Shown in pieces: positions 1 through 5,386 of a stretch of DNA of 7,058 nt. Both the position numbers and the translations under genes were made by a program. Origin of the DNA: an uncultured archaeon (GTDB lineage Archaea > Iainarchaeota > Iainarchaeia > Iainarchaeales > CSSED10-239); contig CAZPGO010000050.1 in the NCBI GenBank assembly GCA_964586355.1, positions 1 to 7,058 on the forward strand, in the 5' to 3' direction. The stretch's first letter is position 1. Each line of letters opens with the position of its first letter. The notes under the pieces were generated by a model. The model worked only from the letters and a program-made list of their open reading frames with translations, made no database searches and was not told the DNA's origin.

Positions 1-2
1 AA

Positions 3-131
3 AATAAATTTTCAAAATATAATATTAAAAATATTAATTTATATAATCACCTAAACCAAATAAAAAAAATATACAAAAAACTTGGAAAAGAAATAAAAAG
101 AACCAAAACTGGCGTTTTTGAACTAGATTAG
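3..131 (+). CDS. partial CDS: 3' end of a hypothetical protein that continues left of the window
   Basis: This is the only frame open from the left edge. It has 42 sense codons (..NKFSKYNIKNINLYNHLNQIKKIYKKLGKEIKRTKTGVFELD) ending at TAG 129-131, 3 nt before the ATG at 135. A stop-free run of this length is uncommon in such AT-rich DNA. No homology recognised. Confidence 0.35.
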   Translation, partial: NKFSKYNIKNINLYNHLNQIKKIYKKLGKEIKRTKTGVFELD

Positions 132-134
132 TTT

Positions 135-539
135 ATGTTATATAAATTTAAAAACAATACAAAAGCCGACTTAAAATTACCAAAAAAAAATGAAAAAGGA
201 TATATACACCTAGTTCCTGATGGAACTTTTATAGGAAGCGAAGACTATTTCGAATACATAAAACCCCCATTAAACCTAATTAGTTTTGTAGAAGAAGTAA
301 AAGAAGAAGTAAAAGAAGAAGTAAAAGAAGAAGTAAAAGAAGAAGTAAAAGCAAAACAAAAAACACAAAAAACAAACAAAAAAGGAAAAAAAATGAAAGA
401 AAAACTAATTATAGAGCAACCAGAAAAAATAAATATTGAAGAAAAAAGCGAAGAAAAAGAAATGCTCCTAACAGAACAACCAGTTGGAGACATGGAATTA
501 ATTCAAGAACAAGAAGAGCAAGAACAAGAAAAAAAATAA
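135..539 (+). CDS. hypothetical Lys/Glu-rich low-complexity protein (134 aa) with an (EEVK)x5 repeat
   Basis: ATG-initiated ORF, packed 3 nt after the upstream plus-strand partial ORF. The N-terminal ~50 aa are non-repetitive (..GYIHLVPDGTFIGSEDYFEYIKPPLNLISF). This is followed by EEVK x5, a basic KQKTQKTNKKGKK patch and two L(I/L)xEQP segments. No clear SD. The antisense ORF 245-493 is a low-complexity mirror. Function unknown. Confidence 0.55.
   Translation: MLYKFKNNTKADLKLPKKNEKGYIHLVPDGTFIGSEDYFEYIKPPLNLISFVEEVKEEVKEEVKEEVKEEVKAKQKTQKTNKKGKKMKEKLIIEQPEKINIEEKSEEKEMLLTEQPVGDMELIQEQEEQEQEKK
291..350 (+). repeat. perfect 12-bp tandem repeat GAAGAAGTAAAA x5 (in frame, encodes EEVK x5)
   Basis: Read directly: units at 291-302, 303-314, 315-326, 327-338 and 339-350 are identical at the nucleotide level. 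The array starts after GTA (288-290) and ends before GCAAAACAAA (351). Confidence 0.97.
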
Positions 540-540
540 T

Positions 541-2010
541 TCATCTACATATACAAGAAGAAACATCTGAGTCTGCATCCATGTTGGTATTAACATAAGT
601 CTTAAACAATAAATCTAATTGTGGCTCTGGGACTCTATCTATTCCAAAAATTCCACAAGGATAGCAATTATTTTCATTTACCATTATCCTGTGAAAAAAT
701 TTCGGATAATAAGCAATAATATAAGAATTTCCCTGAACAACCTCGAGATTTAAATCGTAATTATTCCAATTAAGACCACTAGAAGATATGTTCACAGAAA
801 TAGGACTGCTATAAATAACATTCACTGGATCTGGTGCCAGATTTTCATCTACACCTTTAAAAATTCTTAAATGGCCTTGGCCAAACAAACTTCCCTCACC
901 CTCTTTAGAAAAGCAAATTTCAATATTTGTCAACCTACCTGTATATCCGGACTTAAAATATTGCCAATAAACTTTTCCTTGTGTTGCTTCTACGAATCCC
1001 GTCTGGATGGCGACATCTTGGTCCAAAACAGTTACAAATGGAATTGTTGTAGGAGGAAGTGTAGTTTCTAGAGTGCTATAAGCTTCTATATTAAAAGAAA
1101 ATCCATCCTCTGGAGTTTTTTCTGTACTTAATAGTATCTGTCTTTTTACCCAAACGGGAAAAAACTCACCAGCTTTTAATTCCCTTAAAACAACAAATTC
1201 ATTGTTTTCAAAAAAATCCACATCAGTGCCATTAAACTTTGGAGCATTCAAAGTGTTTTCAATCGGCTCAGCCACCACATTTATTGGGCCACCTTTTTCA
1301 ATCCTAGAGCTGTTCATAGAAAAATCAGGATCATATATAAAAACACTATCGGGAAAAGACAGTAAATCTTGCTTAGGACTAGTATCTAACTCTAGAAAAT
1401 CATAATATTTACCTTTTGGGTATTTCAAAAGCAAAGTTAAAGTGCACAAAGAATCATTACAGTTTTGAGATACCAAAGTAATATCTAGGTCTAGATCACA
1501 CTCAAAACAAACATCCTCGCAATCCGTATTTATCAACCCTAACATAGAAGGGTCTACTATTCCCCTTTTTATTTGGCAAGGCAAATATAAATTGTGATTA
1601 GGATTGCCTATGTGCTGGCTATCCCAAGTTATATTGATAAACCTTCCTTTATATTCCAAATCAAAATAACATTGTTGATCAAGACTAGAAGAATAATTAA
1701 ACGTCAATAATTGCTCTTCTCTTTTAAAATCAAAGAAATTATCACAATTAACATTACATCTATATATTCCAGGAAAACCTATGGAAACATTAGAGTAGTT
1801 TCTATCGGTTACATTAATTGAAAAGTTAAACATAGAATCCGTTGGGTTTAAATTTTGTATATAAATACACTTATAATCAGTTTTCCCATTCTCAACCTCG
1901 AACTCACTAACGTCCTTGAAAAGTCGATCTTCTAACTCTATGGTTGGAGGGCCGCCCAAGCCAGATTCTCCGCTATTTAAAAACTTTATATCAGTAAAAC
2001 TCAAAGGCAT
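541..2010 (-). CDS. 489-aa cysteine-rich multidomain protein; putative virion / host-recognition (receptor-binding-like) protein
   Basis: Long ATG ORF with non-repetitive composition. N-terminus is MPLSFTDIKFLNSGESGLGGPP..LFKDVSEFEVENGKTDYKCIYIQN. A later block reads NAPKFNGTDVDF..LKAGEFFPVWVKRQI. Between them lies a Cys-rich insert with 9 Cys in residues 85-189, including C164-x3-C-x2-C171. The C-terminal ~150 aa have a beta-sandwich-like pattern (GRLTNIEICF..GHLRIFKG..SGLNWNNYDLNLEVVQGNSYIIAYY). No SD precedes the ATG. The functional call is inference only. Confidence 0.85.
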   Translation of the reverse strand: MPLSFTDIKFLNSGESGLGGPPTIELEDRLFKDVSEFEVENGKTDYKCIYIQNLNPTDSMFNFSINVTDRNYSNVSIGFPGIYRCNVNCDNFFDFKREEQLLTFNYSSSLDQQCYFDLEYKGRFINITWDSQHIGNPNHNLYLPCQIKRGIVDPSMLGLINTDCEDVCFECDLDLDITLVSQNCNDSLCTLTLLLKYPKGKYYDFLELDTSPKQDLLSFPDSVFIYDPDFSMNSSRIEKGGPINVVAEPIENTLNAPKFNGTDVDFFENNEFVVLRELKAGEFFPVWVKRQILLSTEKTPEDGFSFNIEAYSTLETTLPPTTIPFVTVLDQDVAIQTGFVEATQGKVYWQYFKSGYTGRLTNIEICFSKEGEGSLFGQGHLRIFKGVDENLAPDPVNVIYSSPISVNISSSGLNWNNYDLNLEVVQGNSYIIAYYPKFFHRIMVNENNCYPCGIFGIDRVPEPQLDLLFKTYVNTNMDADSDVSSCICR

Positions 2011-2013
2011 AAC

Positions 2014-2023
2014 TTATATATGC
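2014..2023 (-). promoter_or_regulatory. copy 1 of the shared minus-strand 10-mer GCATATATAA, 3 nt upstream of the 489-aa gene ATG
   Basis: Plus strand reads TTATATATGC at 2014-2023. An identical 10-mer occurs at 3557-3566 upstream of another minus-strand gene. It could be a -10-like or phage-specific promoter element, or chance TA-rich similarity. Confidence 0.2.
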
Positions 2024-2049
2024 TTTGAAAAATAAAACAAATTGCCCGC

Positions 2050-2077
2050 TTGATAAAAAAATTTTTTATGGTAAATT
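2050..2077 (+). promoter_or_regulatory. candidate sigma70-type promoter with extended -10 for the 49-aa ORF
   Basis: TTGATA (2050-2055), 16-nt spacer, TAAATT (2072-2077), with TG at 2069-2070 giving the TGn extended -10 pattern. The predicted TSS near 2084 sits just upstream of the SD at 2088. The spacer contains a near-palindromic A7T6 tract (2053-2069). AT-rich background makes false positives likely. Confidence 0.3.
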
Positions 2078-2087
2078 TTCTCTATCC

Positions 2088-2093
2088 AGGAGG
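2088..2093 (+). promoter_or_regulatory. Shine-Dalgarno AGGAGG for the 49-aa ORF
   Basis: Consensus AGGAGG followed by a 5-nt A spacer and ATG at 2099. This is the strongest SD in the window. Confidence 0.6.
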
Positions 2094-2098
2094 AAAAA

Positions 2099-2248
2099 AT
2101 GAGACATTTAAACTTTTGGCTTTTAAAAAATAAAGAAAAAATACTACTAAAAATTGTTGAATGGTGTCAAAAAAATAATAAAAAAATACAAGAAATAAAA
2201 TATGAGGATATAGTAGAAGCGCTAGCCAGTCCAATAAGAAATAGCTAG
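2099..2248 (+). CDS. small 49-aa protein, absent from the ORF track (MRHLNFWLLKNKEKILLKIVEWCQKNNKKIQEIKYEDIVEALASPIRNS)
   Basis: ATG at 2099 with a perfect SD at optimal spacing; 49 sense codons, then TAG at 2246-2248. It is the only plus-strand gene between two minus-strand units. Its stop shares a CTAG tetranucleotide (2245-2248) with the convergent protease stop. Predicted helical and basic. Function unknown. Confidence 0.55.
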   Translation: MRHLNFWLLKNKEKILLKIVEWCQKNNKKIQEIKYEDIVEALASPIRNS

Positions 2249-3177
2249 TTTTTAATCCACTCTTGGAATTTTCTTGGATCGATTATTCCAAATCCTTCAA
2301 AAAACTTTTTACCACCAAACTCTGGATTTTTTAATGAAACAGCGTGTTTTCTGAATATAATTTTATAATCGTCAGCAGATTTTAGCTTAATTATATCTTT
2401 ATTCTTTCTTGAATAAGAAAGAAGAAGAGCTGCACATCCGACAACATAAGGCGTGCTCATGCTGGTTCCACTCATATAAGCATACCAATTAACAGGAATG
2501 GTGCTAAATATCTTTACACCAGGGGCAAGAAAGTCAAGATCATCACCAGTACAACTAAAACCGGCCCTTTCAAAATTCTCATCTATACTGCCTATGCCTA
2601 TGGTTTCTGGATAATTTGCTGGATAAAATATTTGTCTAGTTTTGCCAGCATTACCAGCCGCACAAAAAATAATGCAACCTTTTTTAACAGCATACTTTAT
2701 ACTCTTGTGGACATCACTTATTGGGCTCGGAGACCCTAAGCTCATAACTATAAAATCTGCTCCCTGATCTGCACTCCATGCTATGGCTTCTGCAACATTG
2801 GTTGAATTTCCGTTACCATTATCTGCCAGAGCCTTCACAGGAATTATTTTGGCTTTTGGGGCAACACCAACCATTCCATGAGAATTATTTTCGGCTGCTA
2901 TTATCCCACTCACATGCGTTCCGTGACCGTTTGAATCGACTGGATCTTGTTTCTTGTTTACAAAATTTTTACCTTGCAACAAATTATTCTTAAGATCATC
3001 GTGTGTTAAATCGCAACCAGTATCTAAAACCGCTACCTTTACACCCTCTCCTTGTGCTAGCTTCCATACCTCTGGTATATTGAACGAAGTTATCTCCCAG
3101 CCGTGAGATTGTTTAAGCTCCTGGAGAGAGAAAACTTCTTCTCTGTGGTATGGGAGCAGATTACAATTACTATTCAT
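2245..3177 (-). CDS. subtilisin-family (MEROPS S8) serine protease, intracellular-subtilisin (ISP)-like, 310 aa
   Basis: Catalytic motifs: VAVLDTGCD (Asp codon 3022-3024), NGHGTHVSG (His codon 2923-2925), AAGNAG (oxyanion Asn), SGTSMSTPYV (Ser codon 2461-2463). No signal peptide and no long propeptide. Start re-called: the track start at 3228 is a TTG lying 59 nt inside the upstream ORF. The first ATG (3177) has an AAGGA SD (3183-3187) 5 nt upstream, overlaps the upstream stop, and places LLPY at residues 7-10, matching the LIPY/F position of Bacillus ISPs. Confidence 0.9.
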   Translation of the reverse strand: MNSNCNLLPYHREEVFSLQELKQSHGWEITSFNIPEVWKLAQGEGVKVAVLDTGCDLTHDDLKNNLLQGKNFVNKKQDPVDSNGHGTHVSGIIAAENNSHGMVGVAPKAKIIPVKALADNGNGNSTNVAEAIAWSADQGADFIVMSLGSPSPISDVHKSIKYAVKKGCIIFCAAGNAGKTRQIFYPANYPETIGIGSIDENFERAGFSCTGDDLDFLAPGVKIFSTIPVNWYAYMSGTSMSTPYVVGCAALLLSYSRKNKDIIKLKSADDYKIIFRKHAVSLKNPEFGGKKFFEGFGIIDPRKFQEWIKN

Positions 3178-3526
3178 AGAGTTCCTTTCTTTTCCAACCC
3201 CAATTGCTTTGATTATACTTTTTAACAATAAAGTCTATTGAAACAGAAAAAACAATTTTTATTAAAAATACTCTAATTATTCTTTCAAAAGGCAAAACAT
3301 AAGCAGGCAAAACTTTTAATATAATAGTATCTAAAAGACTGCTCATTATATAAAGAACTATTTCTTTTTTTTCTTTGCCATTCTTAAAATGGTTTTCGGC
3401 AAAGTTTATAGAGTCATCAAGAGCATCAACAACAAATGATCCAATTTGTGAAATGCTACTTGGGCTCTTAGCTTCCCATTTTTTTTCTACTTTTTTTATA
3501 AAGTTTTTTATTTTTTGTTCTTGCAT
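3170..3526 (-). CDS. 118-aa hypothetical protein with a polar N-terminal half and a hydrophobic/amphipathic C-terminal half; translationally coupled to the protease
   Basis: ATG at 3526 preceded by an AAGGAG SD (3532-3537) with a 5-nt spacer. Its TAG stop (3170-3172) overlaps the protease ATG (3175-3177). Hydrophobic segments IVLYIMSSLLDTIILKVLPAYVLPF and IIRVFLIKIVFSVSIDFIV contain charged residues, so they may be amphipathic helices rather than clean TM helices. Confidence 0.7.
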   Translation of the reverse strand: MQEQKIKNFIKKVEKKWEAKSPSSISQIGSFVVDALDDSINFAENHFKNGKEKKEIVLYIMSSLLDTIILKVLPAYVLPFERIIRVFLIKIVFSVSIDFIVKKYNQSNWGWKRKELYE

Positions 3527-3556
3527 CTAAACTCCTTTTTAGACTTTCATCTAATA

Positions 3557-3566
3557 TTATATATGC
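3557..3566 (-). promoter_or_regulatory. copy 2 of the shared 10-mer GCATATATAA; contains a perfect TATAAT (3556-3561) 30 nt upstream of the 118-aa gene ATG
   Basis: The minus strand reads GGTTGCATATATAATATTAG in the 49-nt gap between the 72-aa and 118-aa genes. There is no convincing -35 at 17 nt (GAAGAT). It may be a -10-only or phage-specific promoter. Confidence 0.25.
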
Positions 3567-3575
3567 AACCTAAAT

Positions 3576-3794
3576 TTAATCTTCTTCTTTTTCAGAAGAA
3601 TTTTTCCAAGACTCAAATTCAGAATTCAACTTTTTAGCCTTGTTATCAAGATCTTTTAGTTCTGCTTGAATTTTTTCATATATTTGCTTTAAATATTCTT
3701 TTTTCTTCTTTTTTTCAGCATAAATTGCCGTTATCTCCTGAGAGAATTCTATAAACTTTTCACTTAATAAATAATCTATATTTTCTTTTTCCAT
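3576..3794 (-). CDS. 72-aa hypothetical protein, predicted coiled-coil, K/E-rich with an acidic tail
   Basis: ATG ORF placed 2 nt after the stop of the upstream zinc-ribbon gene. Heptad-like sequence (EYLKQIYEKIQAELKDLDNKAKKLNSEFESW). No homology recognised. Confidence 0.6.
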   Translation of the reverse strand: MEKENIDYLLSEKFIEFSQEITAIYAEKKKKKEYLKQIYEKIQAELKDLDNKAKKLNSEFESWKNSSEKEED

Positions 3795-3796
3795 AA

Positions 3797-4084
3797 TTAA
3801 TCATCTCCATAAATATCTTTTGTTCCGCCCATTTTAGAGTTTTTTTCAGCTATCATTCTTTCTTTTTTTGCCTTATCCATATTATAGCCAGCTCTATAAC
3901 TAAAACTTTCCCACTTACTAGATTCTCCCGGAGAGGCGAATGCCACACTACAATTGCTAACTAATTTAGTTTTTTTCTTAGAACCACAATAATCACATAC
4001 TATGGAGTTATTATCGTATTCATACCCACAAATAACTTCATATTTTTTTTTACAATCTTTACACAAAAATTCATATATTGGCAT
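3797..4084 (-). CDS. FmdB-family (CxxC_CxxC_SSSS-type) zinc-ribbon protein, 95 aa
   Basis: The N-terminus MPIYEFLCKDCKKKYEV...VCDYCGSKKKTKLVS matches the MPxYEYxCxxC...CxxCG..(R/K)xxS signature of the FmdB putative-regulatory zinc-ribbon family. A ~50-aa C-terminal extension has no recognised motif. Confidence 0.8.
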   Translation of the reverse strand: MPIYEFLCKDCKKKYEVICGYEYDNNSIVCDYCGSKKKTKLVSNCSVAFASPGESSKWESFSYRAGYNMDKAKKERMIAEKNSKMGGTKDIYGDD

Positions 4085-4085
4085 G

Positions 4086-4367
4086 TTATTGATCTTCTAT
4101 CTTAAGTAAATCTATAAAATTTTCATAAACTATTTTTATTTTATTTAACTTAGTATCAATTTTATAAAAATTCCAAAATAAATCTTTTTCGCAAACTCTA
4201 ATACTCCTGTTTAAGACCTGATTAGATATCTTTTTTTCTTGTAGGTGTAAATTAAAACCTTCTAATGCATTTTGTTGACTTAAAAGACTTTTATAATCAT
4301 TTTCTAAAAAATCATCAAAATTATCATCATCATCTTCTTCGTATTCATTTTTCATAAATCTTCTCAT
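4086..4367 (-). CDS. 93-aa hypothetical protein with a strongly acidic N-terminus (EYEEDDDDNFDDFLENDY)
   Basis: ATG overlaps the upstream stop (ATGA, 4364-4367). Ends 1 nt before the zinc-ribbon ATG. No homology recognised. Confidence 0.6.
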   Translation of the reverse strand: MRRFMKNEYEEDDDDNFDDFLENDYKSLLSQQNALEGFNLHLQEKKISNQVLNRSIRVCEKDLFWNFYKIDTKLNKIKIVYENFIDLLKIEDQ

Positions 4368-4876
4368 TTTGTTTTCTTTATAAAATTATAGTGATTTTTA
4401 AGTTTAAGATGTTTGCAAGCCAACCTATACATGTTGGATAGAAAATCTTTAGTTGTAATGATGTCTTTGTTCAAATGAGCAGAATTAATCTTAAAAGAAA
4501 AATTACTAAGATCAGAATCCCATAAAACCTCAACAATATCAGCTTTACTTAATTTGGATATCAAATTGCAACATATTCTAAATGTTGTGTCTTTTATTAA
4601 TGTGCTTAAATCTTCATAATCTATATAATAAGAATTGTTTTCATTGTTATATTTTAAATATTTTTCAAAGATAATATACGATTCTTTTTCAGAAATTAAA
4701 TCATTTAACTCTTTTTTAAATGTTTTGTTGGTTTTATAATCAAAATACTCATCCAAGGCATTAGTTTTTCCATTATTAACAAAAATAAAATGCCAATAAG
4801 AGACTTCTCTTATTTTAACGTGAAATTTACTTATGTTAGATATAACAAAGATGTCTTTTTCATTATCCATAATCAT
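4364..4876 (-). CDS. 170-aa hypothetical protein
   Basis: ATG ORF following a 33-nt gap after folA. Non-repetitive sequence. No catalytic motif recognised (checked by eye for dUTPase, MazG and thioredoxin-type motifs). Confidence 0.7.
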   Translation of the reverse strand: MIMDNEKDIFVISNISKFHVKIREVSYWHFIFVNNGKTNALDEYFDYKTNKTFKKELNDLISEKESYIIFEKYLKYNNENNSYYIDYEDLSTLIKDTTFRICCNLISKLSKADIVEVLWDSDLSNFSFKINSAHLNKDIITTKDFLSNMYRLACKHLKLKNHYNFIKKTK

Positions 4877-4909
4877 AAGTATTTATCCACAAAGTTTTAT
4901 TTAATATAG

Positions 4910-5386
4910 TTAAATTTTATGTAAAAAATAAACATCAAAAATATCATTAGAGTGAAACAAGCTTTTATTCCAAATATTTTCATCAAAAGAGGGAAAATAA
5001 GTATCCCCAGCATATTCTTGTTTAATTTCAGATAAATACATATAATCAACAAGATCTTTGTCTAAAAAATATTTATATAAAGAAAAACCACCTATAACAA
5101 AAATTTTTTTATTTAAGTTTAATTTCTCACAAAAATTTAAACAATCCTCTACAGAAAAAAAACTATATATGTGATCACTATGAATCAAATTAGAAGTTAT
5201 AACAAAATTCAATCTGTTAACAAGAGGCTTTCCTATTCCGTCATATGTTTTTCTTCCCATGATAACTATAGAATCTTGAGTTATTTTTTTAAAAAATAAA
5301 ATTTCCTCCTTTATCCTCCAAGGAAGACTATTATTGTTGCCTATTACTTTATTTAAATCATAAGCAGCTATTAAACCTATTTTCAT
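4910..5386 (-). CDS. folA: dihydrofolate reductase (158 aa)
   Basis: Collinear with E. coli FolA (recalled from memory): IGLIAA, NSLPW, EE(I)LFFKKIT (acidic residue at the Asp27 position), VIMGRKTYDGIGKPLVNR, VIGG..LY..F, GDTYFP. Typical length. The ATG overlaps the thyA stop. Confidence 0.93.
   Translation of the reverse strand: MKIGLIAAYDLNKVIGNNNSLPWRIKEEILFFKKITQDSIVIMGRKTYDGIGKPLVNRLNFVITSNLIHSDHIYSFFSVEDCLNFCEKLNLNKKIFVIGGFSLYKYFLDKDLVDYMYLSEIKQEYAGDTYFPSFDENIWNKSLFHSNDIFDVYFLHKI

Noticed and set aside
245-493. 82-aa minus-strand ORF antisense to the K/E-rich gene
   Set aside because: It is the reverse-complement shadow of the GAA/AAA-rich repeat (a poly F/S/T low-complexity product). 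It has no SD, and the plus-strand frame is supported by tight packing with the upstream plus-strand ORF.
871-1405. Two plus-strand ORFs (871-1071 and 1202-1405) inside the 489-aa gene
   Set aside because: Both are short and lie fully inside a long, well-formed minus-strand ORF. Neither has an SD or a recognisable motif. They are typical antisense shadow ORFs.
1498-1521. C164-x3-C168-x2-C171 (CEDVCFEC), which resembles the radical-SAM 4Fe-4S motif
   Set aside because: It lies mid-protein within a generally Cys-rich module. No other radical-SAM hallmarks are present (glycine-rich SAM-binding motif, N-terminal TIM-barrel context). Structural disulfide or metal ligands are more likely.
2011-2049. 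Sigma70-like TTGTTT-16nt-TATAAG on the minus strand upstream of the 489-aa gene
   Set aside because: The -10-like hexamer ends 2 nt before the ATG, so a standard TSS would fall inside the ORF. This is compatible only with unusual leaderless initiation, so I list it as the shared-motif observation instead.
2222-2253. Possible intrinsic terminator for the 49-aa ORF: CTAGC (2222-2226) pairing with GCTAG (2244-2248), then T5
   Set aside because: The stem is only 5 bp with a 17-nt loop, too weak to call. I kept it as a remark in the small-ORF finding.
2778-2993. 71-aa plus-strand ORF antisense to the protease
   Set aside because: It overlaps the region encoding the conserved HGTH and downstream subtilisin motifs on the other strand, and has no translation signals.
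3178-3228. N-terminal extension of the protease to the track start at 3228
   Set aside because: The codon at 3226-3228 is TTG, not ATG, and the extension lies 59 nt inside the upstream ORF. The ATG at 3177 has an AAGGA SD and reproduces the ISP-type spacing of the LLPY motif (residues 7-10).
3582-3600. Inverted repeat TTCTTC/GAAGAA with a 7-nt loop at the 3' end of the 72-aa gene
   Set aside because: It is a 6-bp A/T-rich stem lying inside coding sequence, with no U-tract after it on the minus strand. It follows from the SSEKEE codons.
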